Positions 38,956-52,059 of a DNA stretch of 64,000 bases are shown here, one piece after another. The stretch comes from Mustelus asterias (taxonomy: Eukaryota): assembly GCF_964213995.1 (NCBI RefSeq), contig NW_027591885.1, positions 1 to 64,000 of the forward strand, given 5' to 3'. The notes below the pieces were generated by a model. That model did not search any database, was not told the origin of the DNA, and was given only the letters and a program-made list of their open reading frames with translations. A program made the translations under genes and the position numbers. Position 1 is the first letter of the stretch. Each line of letters opens with the position of its first letter.

Positions 38956-40369
38956 TTAACAGATCTCTGAATATTATCGACAAATATCTCAGCAAGCATA
39001 AATAAAATGTTAAGAGTGGTGTGACGTACAGACCATATATTTTCGTACAATTTCACGAAGACACGGTTCTTCACGCCAGAGTCAGAAAATACATTTTTAT
39101 GTCCTAAAAATCAAAATAAATGAAAAGTTTGGGACAGTTCGTACTGAGAGCGACACCTGAGTAAGATTCATCGTTCTGTTCTGCACACGCAGAAACGTCA
39201 CACTGCACTAATAGAATGAATGTCAATATATTATTCGCATGACAAGTGAAAGAGTGGTACAGATGTCACTGACATTGCAGCCCTGGATTCACATGTTCGT
39301 TCTTCACATGTATGTCCTCGCATTAACTGCATGGAAGAATCATGGAGTGTTTATATAATAATGGGTCGTGTCACCGAATGGAAATGTTGTTACAGAGACT
39401 CAAAGTTGGTGGTTGGTTCAAAGCATTGGAACAAAGCTGGAACAAAGCATTCATGGATGGAGACACATAGAGAATCTTTGCTTTCAGAAACAACACACAA
39501 GCCATAAATGTCATCTTTTCCATTAACCAGGGCACGGGTTAGGGGCAAGCTACTGCCTGGTAATTGGATGTTGCCATTTAGATGCATAGAAGGGAAATTA
39601 TTTTCCGGGATGATATATTTAAAGGAGTTACTTTCAGTATGAATGAAAAATAAATTACCTGTGCAGAACACCGCAAACATGCAGTCATTGAGCAGGGAGT
39701 AAATAGTCCCCATAAAGGGAAGGTACGTTTGGTGGCAACGTTACTAAAACCAGGAACTGTTGTTTGTTGCTTGCTGGTTTTGTGGTTCTTTGCAGATAGT
39801 TATTCAAGGATCAGTCAGATGACTGCGTCTCTGAGCACTTCCCGGCAGCACAATGCTGATGAAGTGATTCTCGTGAAAACACGGACTACAAATTTCTTCA
39901 AGCATTCGGAACTAAATATAATGAAACGTTCCAAGCGAGATCCAGCCAGGAGAAGACACAATCCATCCCTGGCCTTCACAGTGGCAGCTGCAATATCTAA
40001 GTGACACGATTGCCTTTCAGAAATGCAAATACTTCAGTAAATATGCATCAGAGAAGAATGCACATTTAACATTATTCACTGGTTCAAACAACTGACGAGT
40101 CAAATGTTGGAGTCGGGGTCAGTTTCTTATTCAAACCCACATTCTGACTGGAGAGCCTAATTAATATTCCCACAAGGGAAAGTTGCAAATTTACTTCATT
40201 TCTGGCAGGCAAAATACAATATTTTTCCATGCAGTGATAGAGAAGGAGAATCGCTGAGTAGAAAAAAAGGACATTTTTCAAAGCGATGTTCTCAGAACTC
40301 AAAGTTCCATCCTTTGTTCGAGTAAAAAGATGCAAACAAATATTTAAACGGCGGATGCAGTGGCATACC

Positions 40370-41000
40370 AGTGTTGCCACTAGAATAGCCATCCAGAGAC
40401 CCAGGCTATCTTGAAATAAATCTTAGAAACCCTACAGCACAGAAAGAGGCCATTCGGCCCATCGAGTCTGCACCGACCACAATCCCACCCAGACCCTACC
40501 CCCATATCCCTACATATTTTACCCACTAATCCCTCCAACCTACGAATCCCAGGACACTGAGGGCAATTTTAGCATGGCCAATCAACCTAACCCGCACATC
40601 TTTGGACTGTGGGAGGAAACCGGAGAAACCGGAGCAAACTCACGCAGACGCCAGGAGAATGTGCAAACTCCACGCAGACAGTAATCCAAGCCGCGAATCG
40701 AACCAAGGTCCCCGGAGCTGAGGAGCAGCAGTGCAACCCACTGTGCTACCGTGCCGCCCTGGGAGGCTCTGGGACAGTAATGCTCTGGGAACCGTTCTTC
40801 CAATCCCACCATGGTAAATGATGACATTTGAATTAAATAATAATCTGGAATTAAAAATCAAATTAGGACCATGAAAGCAATGTGTTTCAACAGTACCCTT
40901 TCGGTAAGTAAGGAAACATGCTGTCCTTACCAAGTCTACAGCAATGTTGTTGACCTTTAAATGTTGCCATGGACGCCAACATTCCATGAAGGAATAAAGT
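40370..41000 (+). mobile_element. Second-family tRNA-derived SINE interrupted by an HE1 copy
   Basis: atccagagacccagg | taatgctctggg..aatcccaccatgg..tttgaatt..aggaaacatgctgtccttacc..cagcaatgttgttgac. Confidence 0.6.
40423..40759 (-). mobile_element. HE1 SINE
   Basis: Reverse complement gggcggcacggtagcacagtgg.., B box ggttcgattcg, CR1-like tail. Confidence 0.92.
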
Positions 41001-42614
41001 AGAATAATGAAGAAAAAAGTAGCATCTGGCGAACTTAGTAAATCTAGTTTGTATCTGCCGATATGAATGGTTTCAGTAATCAAGAAAAATACACGCCCAC
41101 AACTCTGAATTAGTGCAGCATTTGTGCCATGGGGAAGTCTTCAGATCGTCGTTTGTCCAAATTTTCCTTACAAACTACTTATCTATTTACAATGTGTGTT
41201 TTCTGAAAAGTTGCATATAACACACACCGTTCCGTGTTTCCAATTGTTTGCTATATCACCAGTGAACAAAGGCAAAAGAAAGAAATCCGGCACGGGGGTG
41301 ATTCAAAGTTGCTTCAATTTACCTCCGAACTCGTTTTTCCACATGTTGGGACTTGTACCACTAGAATGACCTTTATTAAATAGTTCTCACCCTTTTTGGT
41401 GCCTGGAATGGACTGATTCTGGTATAGATCAAATTGTGGAACAACAGCAATCTCTGAGTGCTTTGTTGTGCAGTTGTTTTTATCTCATTGTGTGTCTCAA
41501 TATGTGTCCAAATTAATCATGCCCCAGTAAAGTTAAAAATGGCAAAGGTTACGCCAACACGAACAATGGGCAAAAGAGACCCATCACCTGCAGCAAGTGT
41601 TATGCCTGTTGATTTTACTAATTGTTGTAATTATACATTGGTTTATCACGTTGAAAACGTGTTAAAATAATACCACTGAAAAAAATAAAAATATTTTACT
41701 GGCCTCGTAATTAAAATTAAAGTAAACATTCAGAACAAAGGAACATTGAAGCTGAAGCAAGGAATTCGGCAGTCGAGATTTAGATCCCACTCAGGGAGGT
41801 CGTGGCAGATCATGCAGTACATCTTCGACGTTTCCCCACTCATTCCATATTCAGAGATGTCCATTTGATTTAGATTTCTAACCTTTTTATGATTTGAATA
41901 GGACGTTTGAATGACGCACCACTATCTCAGCGAAAAAGAAACATTGTCTGTACCACATTCTTAAATGGCCTGACCCTTATTCTGAGACTCTGACAGATTA
42001 TTTTGGACTCATGGACAAGGGGACGCTCTGTATGCATCCAGCATACATAGCAAAAATGTACTAAGTTTCAATAGGATCACTTCACATTGTTTAGGAATCG
42101 AAAGAGTGTTGTCCGATTTTCCTGGACCAGAGCACGAAACGGTTACAGAAGATTTCGTATTCGTGACGGGTCTACAGGTGTAAGATCCGTTTTTCACAGA
42201 AGCTGTACCCCCGTGTCCCCCCCGCCCCTCCCCCCCCCAACCCCCACCACCATGTTTAATTGTAAGACCCATGATTGGTTCAATGTAGCTTGCTTTTCCA
42301 GTTAATACTGTGGACATGACACCCATGTAATGAACTGCATTCTTCATCAGGAATAATAGCACCCAGTGAACATGAAATATGAATCACGAAACCACACACA
42401 AAACGCACCTTTGTTACACGGGGTTTCCGAAATAAATTGTAAAATAAATGTTCAGCGGGTTTGTGGGTTTAAGATTAATTTTCGTTCCGTGTAAGTACTA
42501 CAAATTATTATTTTGAATCTGGTGGATACAATTATCCTTTGATGGTGAGGAGTGTTTCAGAAAAAAATCATTATTTCTTTGAAATTAAGAATGTTATCAA
42601 GCTTATTACTATCT

Positions 42615-42725
42615 GTAATGAGAACCTGAAAGACTGGGGAAAGAACAGCATCTGCGGCAACATCTGTGAGAAGAGATACATGGTTAAAGTTTCGAGATAA
42701 TTTTCCTCTTCTTTAAAGCTGAGGA
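42615..42725 (-). mobile_element. Degenerate Penelope-like terminal repeat (second family)
   Basis: Reverse complement aagaagagg..ctcgaaactttaac..tctcacagatgttgccgcagatgctg. Confidence 0.45.
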
Positions 42726-43090
42726 GAGGGGGGACTGCGATCGGTTGCATGCAGTTGAACAATGTTGCGTTTTCTGGAGGTCCACGCTGATATGTTGCAT
42801 ACTCTTGAAATGTGATGTGCTGTATGCAACTGAAATGTGATGTGTTGAATGCAGGTGGATTGTGATGGGTTGTATGCGTTTAAATTTTGATATTAGATCA
42901 AAAAAGGTTGAGTACTTGATTCGACTGCACCCCACGTTCACCTGAGCTGAACTTTCAGATCTGAATCTCGCAATGAAAATATTTGCCTCGCGAGATCACT
43001 TGAAATGTTCACTGGGTGAATATTTTCACTGTACTCCATTGATGCTGCCCGGATACAGCGTAAAGTAAAACACAGAAACAACAATATGCC

Positions 43091-46000
43091 TGTTGTGACA
43101 ACGACAGTACTCATCAATAAGTCTAAGCGTGCGGTTTGTGGAGTACCAGATGCCGTATCGAGTGAGTGGAGACTCGCCCAATGAGGAACAGCCAGCCGGG
43201 GATTTTTAGCCTGTAGCTGTGCCCAGATCGGATTTGTAGGTCACGAGTTGAGGATTACATGGCTGTAAACTGTGGGAGCGGTCTTTTCCTTTGGGGCACA
43301 ATAAAAGGTGTTGGGGACGGCATTTGGCTGAAGTATTACATTGGTGTCGAGGAGAAAACAATGCATTTTCCTCCAGCATTCCTTGCAGACAAACTCTAAA
43401 CATCAAGAATTTATCTGGTCAGAAAAAATAATTATGCATCTTTTCGGGAAACTTGAACCCTATCACACCATTGGGGGAAGACTGGGTCCAATACACTGCA
43501 TGCATTATTTCGTCCGTGCTAACAACATTGAAGGAGACAAGAAAAGAAAACTTGACATTGCTAACAGCATGCCGGGCCCCGACTTTCAGTTTAGTAATAC
43601 GCCGAATCTCTCCTGATGCCCCAAATCAAAAAAAAATAATGAACTCGTCGGCCTGATGAAAATCCACGACAACCTGAACTCCCCTTCAATATTCCAGAGA
43701 TATTGCTTCAATATTGCTTGGGGATCCCCTGTGGAATCTGCCACTGAGTTCTTGGCCAGGTGGCAGAAACTTGTTGAACACTGCGGAATTGGATAATCTC
43801 TGAATGAAATGTTGTGGGACAGATTTGTATTTGACATAAAAGACCTAACCACTCAAAGGTCGCTCTTGGCAGAATCCAATGTGGACTTTATAAAGTCCAT
43901 TGAGGTAGCCTTGTCAATTGAACATGCCACACAAGGGGATCAGTAGTTACAAGGGGCATCAGCCAGCTATATCTTTGAGCCGGGGGTAGGCATCACATGC
44001 AAACAGTACTCAATGCAGAGCACTTGTGTCAATCAGGGATGAAAAATACCCATTCATTATCGGAATCTAAAGGCATCACTAGGTAGTCAATGCCAGCACG
44101 AAGAGTATTAAAGAACATGCTCCAAAGCGTTGCACTTGATAGCTGAATCACTGCTGCAAGCGTTGTCGAAGTGCAAAACCACGGTGATGTTTCAGAAATG
44201 GGAAATAAAAATGTGCTGCCTAAGAAGAAAGCCAAAGCTATTCTCTGTATTTAACTTACAGGTATCCCCTTTTACAGAGACAGGGACACTACAACTAAAT
44301 CGTATTATAACAACTGGGAATGGTTGAGTTACGTAAATGGTCATCTCTTGAAGATGAAGGTGGATACTGGCGTCGCAGTCTCCATTATCAGAGAACAGAC
44401 ATGTAAGCACTTCCAATCGGGGATCCAATGCCTGAGTTTGGAAGTTTTGAAGGACCAGCTAAACACCTACACGCGGGAAGATTTACAAATAAAAGGCACC
44501 ACAGTGGCCGCAGTGACATCTAGACAGCAATCAGATCGGCTGCCATTCATTGGTGTCCGGGGGAATGGACAAAGCCTGCCTGAGGTACAATTGGGTCCTG
44601 CAGATTACAGTTGTCTAACCTGCTGAAGATCTGCAGGCGAGGCATGTGGGGACTGTACGATGATATCAGGAGATACCCTGGAGCTTTTCAGGAGGGCCTG
44701 GGGAAAATAGAAAGAGTCAGGGCCAAGATCTACGTTGACACTAATACTCCACCTGGGGTATTTCAGATCTAAACCAATCCCAAAATCCAGGCGAGAGAAC
44801 GTGGAAACTGAACGAACGCGCCTTGAAGTCTTGGGTACAATAAGACCTGTGCAAATTACAGAATGGGCTTTGCCCATCCTACTGCTCTTCAGTTCGTCTT
44901 AATTAAATAACTGTCAATCGGGTATCCAAACTCGTTCTTGTACTCCATGCCCAAGATTGAAGAATTGTACGCCACGTTAACGGGTGGCAAGCTGTCCTGC
45001 AATTTGGACATGAACCACGCCTATCCTCAACTTGAATTGGACGAGTTACCCTGAAATATCTGTGACTTTCAACACACAAAAAGGACTGAACGAATATACC
45101 CGTATACCCTTCGGGATCTCAACAGTATGTGCGTGGGTCCCATCAGCGTGTGTCATCTTCCGAAGGATACTAGTGAACACCCTTCATGGGCGAGACAAAG
45201 CAGCAGTTTCCTTAGATGATTTTTAGGTCACGGGGGAATTAGAAGAGGAACAACTGCCGAACCTAGAAGAAGTATTGCAAGGTTTCCAGAGCGGGAGTAC
45301 GCTCGATGGGGAAGAAATGCGTTTTCCAAACAGCTGAAGTAACCTATTTAGGCAGCCAAGTAGATGGAAGGTGGTTACATCCAGTGGAGGATAAATTAAA
45401 AGCCATCAAGGAAACATCAACCCAACTAACAGCACGGAATTCAATACTTTTTGGAGTAAGTAAATTATTACAGAAAATGTATCCTGAATTTGGCTTCGAT
45501 GCTGCCAACTTGCATACCTTATTCCGAATATATCACAGATGGTCCTTGGAATCTCCGCAGGCAGTGGCTTCGTCTATAGTTAAACGCCAGTTACTGTCAT
45601 TAACATACGGGCCCTTTTTGACCCGAAAAGTTTGATTCTAATTTATCTTGTCACCTCTCCCCATACAGAGTTGGTGCAGGGATGTCAATTGCTGAAAAGA
45701 CAGATGGAGTCGCCCATCGTGTGTGGCTCCTGGACCTGTTGGATGCAGAATGATGATATCCTCAAATTGGGAAGGAAAAGCTGGTGGTCGTTTTTGGTAT
45801 GAATAAGTGCCACCAATGCGTCTTAGGTGAATATTTTATAGTCATCGAACATAACGCCTTACTGGACCTCTTCTAATTGTACCGCACCGCACCGTACACA
45901 ACAACATGTGTGGCTCCAACGTCGCTATTAATGGAATGTCGGTTCGTGAAAGTATGGACTTCCAATTCACAAACGTGGTGGATAGAATATTGTCCCAGAA

Positions 46001-46633
46001 GGAGAATTGAAAAAGAAACTTTGATTCGAAAAGGTCCAAAATAACTTACGCAACGGTTGACCTGATTCATTTAAGGAACTTTCAGCAGGGCCCCGCATGT
46101 ATCCCTGCAATCGTTTGGGTGAAAAAACGATCAGTATCCTAAAAGGCCAAAGTTCAGAATACCAACCGGAAGAAGCACAGAGGCCACCTCATGGTCAGGT
46201 TCTCCATGCGCGAGGCATCCCACCACTGGCCATGGAGATAGGCCTTGCCAATGACTGTCCACAGCTTAAAGGTTACTCCGAGTTCCCACTCTGGATAGTA
46301 ATGGCATGGACTCTGAAATGAGCGCTGAAGAAGTGGGCCTCCAGGCTGAAGTGGAACCTGAGCAGGATGTTACCGAGACCTCAAGGACCCCAGCAGATCA
46401 TCAGTATATATTTCTGTGCGCTTCCTAGAGTCGGAGCTTCCTTATTGAGAGAACTGAGGCTCGCAAAGTGGGGTGCATCCAGCGGGTTTTTGAAACATGT
46501 ACCTTTACCAGGAGCAGGCTTGTAGATGCCGAGGTGAGAGCTGTCTGACTATAAGCTGCAGGAGGAACAATTAACTTTGATACACAAAAAAAATGTTGGT
46601 GACGCTGAACTCGCGTTTGGCTGAATTACGACA
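43091..46633 (+). mobile_element. Ty3/Gypsy LTR retrotransposon relic with two diverged LTRs
   Basis: 5' LTR about 43091-43340 (TG..CA) then PBS-like tggtgtcgagga. gag LFGKLEPY..EDW..YF.ANNI; protease MKVDTGVAVSII; RT EYTRIPFGI/VSLDD; integrase largely deleted. 3' LTR about 46368-46633 is alignable to the 5' LTR. Confidence 0.85.
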
Positions 46634-46639
46634 GTAGCA

Positions 46640-46960
46640 TTCCAATATGTCGTTTTAAGTCTCTTTATGGCCTTGTTCCACCTAGCACTTCACTTCATTA
46701 TGCTTGCCTTCCCTATTACTGCATGCGAGCTTTTTATAATTTATGTACCAATATTCTGAATCTCTCCCTGCTGCAGGTATCTGCAGTCTTTCCTCGTTTG
46801 ATTAATATTCAGTTACTATAATCTTTCTAACAAAGTGTATAACATTACATTTTCCTACATTTCAGTACAACCTCCTGGGTTTTAACGATTCACTTACCCT
46901 GTCTATATGCCTTTGTACACTCTTTGCGCAACCCTCACTACAAGGTATCCTCACCACTTG
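46640..46960 (-). mobile_element. Degenerate CR1 RT fragment
   Basis: acattacattttcctacatt and ctgtctatatgcctttg, matching the reverse complement of the CR1 thumb region. Confidence 0.5.
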
Positions 46961-47299
46961 AATAGATATATAATTGGGAAGTGCTAATGATCAGATAGGG
47001 GTTACAGTGTGTATGTAAGCCTATTTATAACTAACAAATCAATGTTAACTTTTTTTTCTTTTTTTGAAGAGCTTGAGAAAGGGTATTACAGAGATTTGTA
47101 CCTGGGATGGATGCTAGTTGATGGAGAAATGGCAGTGATGGTGTGGGGGTGGCCATGGAGCTAGTTGCAGAAGTGGGGAAATGAGACAATGAAGCTATTG
47201 AATCGTCTATTACATAAATAAAAATGTATCAGAATCGCAGATTTGATACTGGGAAGGAAAGACAATAAAGATGTGATGGTCTGAGGAGGTGTGAGAACA

Positions 47300-49780
47300 C
47301 ACTCTACACACTCTTATGTGATATTTCGTCGAAAGCCTTCTGAAAGTCCAAATAAACAAAAACCACTGGCTTCTCTCATCATCTCCACGTTTTCGAACTC
47401 TATCTCTACTCAAACTGATCTCCTTCAATTGCTCCCTTTCACTAAACCGTGTGCTCCCAAACGTTTCTGATACTCTATTTGTGCCCTCCTTTGTGAAGAC
47501 AGAACAAACGTATGGATTCAGGTTGTCGTCTATTTCTTTGTTTCTCATTATAAATTCCCCTGATTCTATCTGTAAGGGACCTACAATTGTCTTCCCCGAA
47601 ATTTTTCTGCTCATAAACTTGTATAAATATATACAGTTTGATAAAACGTTACCTGACAAGCTCACACTCGTACTCTATTTCACAGTTCTTAACCAGTCCT
47701 TTCGTCGGTATTTGTTGAATTGTATCTGTTCACAATACAAAGAACAAAGAACAATACAGCACAGGAACAGGCCCTTCGGCCCTCCAAGCCCGCGCCGCTC
47801 CCCGGTCCAGGATTGAATCCTGAATCCAGGATTCCCGCCCAATTTTCCAGCCTATCTACATACCAATATCCTATCCACCGAGCTGTCCCCCACAGCTACG
47901 ATGCTTTGTTCATTACAACCTATTAACTCAACCCCACCCCCCGCCCCCATTCCAGACCATGTGATCTCCAGGGAGAGGGCTGCCCTGCAGGGTCTGCTGT
48001 TTTTCTTACCAATATGTCTGCCTCTCCCAGTTTCCCTTGGAAGCCATCGTTTGGCCGCCTCTCCAGTTTTATTTTTCGCCAGAGAGTAATTCGCAATTGT
48101 TGCAGTTTACAAGTGTTCTCCTTGAATGTTTGTCATTGCCTATCACCGTCACCGGTATAAGTCAGGCTTCCTAATCTATCATTGCCAACTCGTGCCTTTA
48201 ATCATTGCAGTTCATTTTTAAAGCGTATGATTTAGGAGCATATTCTCAGCATCAACTAGGTCACTCTTGATCTTATTGAAAATATCTGTCATGTTGTGGT
48301 CGCTTTTCACCAACTGTTCTCTCACAACTAGGTTACCAACTGTTCCTTTATAATTCTACAATGCACAGTCTTGGATGGTCTGTTCTTTAGTTGGCTCCTC
48401 AACATATTGGTCCAGAAAGCATCCCGTATATACTCCATTTATGCCTCTTGTACGGTATTGTGACAAATTTGATTAGCCCAATCTATATGCAGATTAACAT
48501 GACTCATAATAACAAATGTTCCGTTTGTGGATATATCTGTCATTGCCCGTTTAATGTCAGTCCCAACATCACCACAACATTTTGGGGGCTAATATACAAT
48601 ACTTCCTAAGCTTTTTCGCCCACTTATTTTTTCTTAGCTCTATCCATATATCTTTCACATTAACGGAATTAATATCCTTCCTCAGCGTGGTGTTTATTTC
48701 CACTTTAATTAGCAAAGCAAATCCAACGCCTTCACCTTTTTACGTTCCAAAATACTGAATACCCCTCGATGTTCAGTTCCCATCACCCTGTAAGCATCTC
48801 TCCGAAATCCCGAATACAGCCTACCAGTATACATCTATTTGTGCAATACTTAATCACGGTATTGTGAATGCTCCGACATTAAGACACAGCACATTTAGGC
48901 TCGTCTTTTTCACATTACTGTTGGTGTTTGCACTATTTCTCATTGAAGAACTGCTTGAATTTGCCCTTACTTTCTCTGCATATGCTATTCTCACTCCTCT
49001 TCTGTCTTTTTTGTGATTGATTTCCCCTCATCTGACTCCATGCATAGTTCGCATTCCCATAAATTTTAGACTAACTTTTCCCCAACCCCTCTAGCCAATA
49101 CTCCCCCTTGGATATCGTTCCTGACCCTGCCCAGGTATAATCTGTCCTGTTCGTAAAGGTCCCACCTCCACCAGAACTGCTGCAATTTCCACAGCAATCT
49201 GAAACACTCTCCCTCTCACTATCGCTGCAGCCATGTATTCATCCTATATATCCTGTCATTTCTACTCTGACAAGCACGTGGAACTGGTATTAATCCTGAG
49301 ATCACAGGCTTTGAAGTCCGGAATTTTAAAACTTACTTCGTAACTCCATATAATTTGCATTTAGTACCTCATCCTATTTTATCCTATCTAATTGGTACTA
49401 ATGTGTACCAGGAACACTGGTTGTTCACCTTCCCACTCTACAACGTGCTGGAACCGCCCCAAGGCATCCTTAGCCCTAGCACAAGGGAGGCAAAATATCA
49501 TCCTGAAGTCTTGGTTGCGGCCACAAAAACGCCTGTCTTTTCCCCTTACAATTGAATCCCCCATAACGATTGCATTCTCACACTTTTATTCTCCTCCCCT
49601 TTTCAGCAGAACCAACCGTGGTGCAACGAATTTGATGTTGCTGCTTTCCCCTGAAAGGTCGTTCCCTTCAACGGTATCGTTGTTTTTCAGGAGAATGGCC
49701 ACAGGACAATCCTGCACTGCCTCAGACTCTTCCTCTGCCTGCTGGTCACCAATTCCCTCACTGCCTTGGGAGTCTTAACC
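47300..49780 (-). mobile_element. CR1 relic (5' region, APE and linker), internally deleted
   Basis: KTIVGPLQIESGEFIMRNKEI..YVCSVFTKE; the endonuclease region and ORF1-like region lie further right. Confidence 0.75.
47735..47985 (-). mobile_element. Short CR1-tailed element nested in the CR1 relic
   Basis: caaagaacaaagaacaatacagcacaggaacaggcccttcggccc = reverse complement of the (ttgttct)n CR1 tail. Confidence 0.7.
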
Positions 49781-49789
49781 TCCAGTGTC

Positions 49790-50275
49790 GTCTCCTCTTG
49801 TACAGCTATTGCATTTGAAGTACTCACCTATATGTTTATGAAATGTAGTGCGGACTTCCCCTTCACCGCCCTGTGCAACATTGAGTCCCAGACTTTGAAC
49901 ATCCTCAGGGTGAAAATGTTTTTCCTCGATTGCGATTGAAATCCCCTGGCCATTCCCATAATTTATCCCCCCGGTCATGGTCCGGCTACTATGGGAAACA
50001 TTCCTTCCTATTTACTCTATCTATGCCACCCATAATTCTGTGCACCTCGATGATGTTCCTCCCAGCCTTCTCTGCTCAAAGGAAAACAATCCAGATAAGC
50101 TCGCAACACTTGAGAGTGCAAAGTCTCCTGATCACGTTCAACTTGAAACCTGTTGCAGTGCAATCGCATCCTTCTTATATTGTCGCGACCACATTTGAAA
50201 CAAATAATCTTTTGGCACTACATGCAGTAAGATCCACTGCCACAGTCTGTTACCACAAACAGACAACTTATAATG
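49790..50275 (-). mobile_element. Degenerate CR1 3' fragment
   Basis: tactctatctatgccacccataattctgtgcacctc..ccttctctgctcaaaggaaaacaatcc. Confidence 0.65.
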
Positions 50276-50279
50276 TGTG

Positions 50280-50395
50280 ATGGCACAAGGGACTCCCGAA
50301 ACCTTAAACTACCGCCCGAAGTCAACAGACATTTCCATCGTCCACCCCTCTTCCGCTCCGATTCCGTGGCGGGCGGGCCGGTAAACGTCCGGCGA
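50280..50395. mobile_element. MITE copy related to 16122-16250
   Basis: ccgcccgaagtcaacagacatttccatcgtccacc..gtggcgggcgggccggtaaa. Confidence 0.6.
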
Positions 50396-50576
50396 ATCCG
50401 ATAAAGAACAAAGTCACAACAACACAGTCCCATACCCTACTTCACAAAATCGATAAGTAACTGAATGATACTTATTATTTAACGAACAGAAATTGACAAA
50501 ATATGATCTCTGAATTATAAATTAAAACACAATGTTGAGTGAACTTTTTACCTTCTTTTCTCAATTCATGAGACCT

Positions 50577-50915
50577 CATAGAATCATAGAAACCCTACAG
50601 TGCAGAAGGAGGCCATTCGGCCCATCGAGTCTGCACCGACCACAATCCCACCCAGGCCCTACCTCCACATATTTACCCGCTAATCCCTCTAACCTACGCA
50701 TCACAGGACTCTAAGGGGCAATTTTTAACCTGGCCAATCAACCTAACCCGCACATCTTTGGACTGTGGGAGGAAACCGGAGCATCCGGAGGAAACCCACG
50801 CAGACACGAGGAGAATGTGCAAACTCCACACAGACAGTGACCCGAGCCGGGAATCGAACCCGGGACCCTGGAGCTGTGAAGCAGCAGCGCTAACCACTGT
50901 GCTACCGTGCCGCCC
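50577..50915 (-). mobile_element. HE1 SINE, well preserved copy
   Basis: Intact A box (tagcacagtggttagc), B box ggttcgattcc and (tctatgat) tail. Confidence 0.95.
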
Positions 50916-50926
50916 GTAATTTATAT

Positions 50927-51000
50927 TATAACGTATTTCATAACGTATTTTATAACGTATTGCATTTTATATTATAACGTATTTTATAACGTATTGCATT
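50927..51000. repeat. Short tandem repeat (tataacgtatt) x5
   Basis: Read directly from the sequence. Confidence 0.8.
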
Positions 51001-51789
51001 TTTTCCAACAGTAATTATTGTTAATTCCACAAACGGTTTGTTATTTAAACATTGAATTTCACTTGATGCATGGCGAAGCAATCGACTCTGTTTTTTTGTT
51101 ACTGATTTGAAGTCTCATCAGTTATCTTGCTCAGGGATCCTGGTCTCAACGCACCTCAGATTGTCCCTCAAACTTTTTGCCATTGTGCCCTAGAATTAAT
51201 CGCCCCTCTCGTTTTCCTCTACGTCGAACATTTCCACTGGTTTGGGTTAATGCACATGCATTTTCAGTCTCGGTCATCTTACTTCCACTCGATCAACTCA
51301 CTTACTATCTGCCCTCCACCCCCAAAAAGAAGCCCCACACCCCATTTTTAGATGAGCTTTGTGAATGAATGCCTGCGTTTAAGTTTGCGAGCAACCAGAC
51401 ACAGATTCAGCCTGAGTGGCGACATCGGATAGGGCAAGGGGAATGTGAATTGTGATTTTCCGTGGGAGAGGGGACGGGGGGCGGGGGGCGGGGGGACCGG
51501 GGGTCGGGGGAGGGGGGGGGGCGGGGAGTGTGGCAGATGATGGCAGGATGATGCGATGATTCAAATACGCTGATCCCGAATGTGGTTGGCTGTCCAATCT
51601 GATACAGGGAATATACCGTTTTGACTTTCAAATATCAAAGTGGTGACCATGATGTGCCGAGGGAATGTCGGGAGAAAAAAGAGAGTGCGTATTCCGTGCC
51701 ATTCGCTCGGTGCTCCGCTCGGATCAGTGATCAGCTCTCAGCTGTCGATTTGTCTCAGCAAAGCAGGTAATTTGCTACAGTCAAAACGT

Positions 51790-51990
51790 TCGTTATTCAT
51801 AACTATATTAAATAATGTTAAACTCATCGCAGACAGTCAACTGACTATCATTGGTATTGAAGCCGCGGAATCCAAAAATCAAAACAGGTTACTGGAACCA
51901 GTTTGTTTAGCGACAGAAATTAATTTAATTCTCCATGGATTCGTGATAATTATGTCTCATGGGAGGGCATCATTGTTTCAATAAAACGGG
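51790..51990 (+). promoter_or_regulatory. Putative proximal promoter of gene C
   Basis: TTATTCAT 51793, AATTAAT 51918, TCCATGGA 51932, TCTCATGGGA 51955 and AATAAAA 51980; GC/G-rich tract at 51465-51530 upstream. Confidence 0.5.
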
Positions 51991-52059
51991 AGTCACTTCT
52001 ATAAGTTATGAATTGGTAACACCATCAACAGGGAACAGTAGCTCAACTGAGAGTTATTG

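Noticed and set aside
50830-50915. tRNA gene
   Set aside because: The A and B boxes belong to a SINE head that continues into the SINE body and tail.
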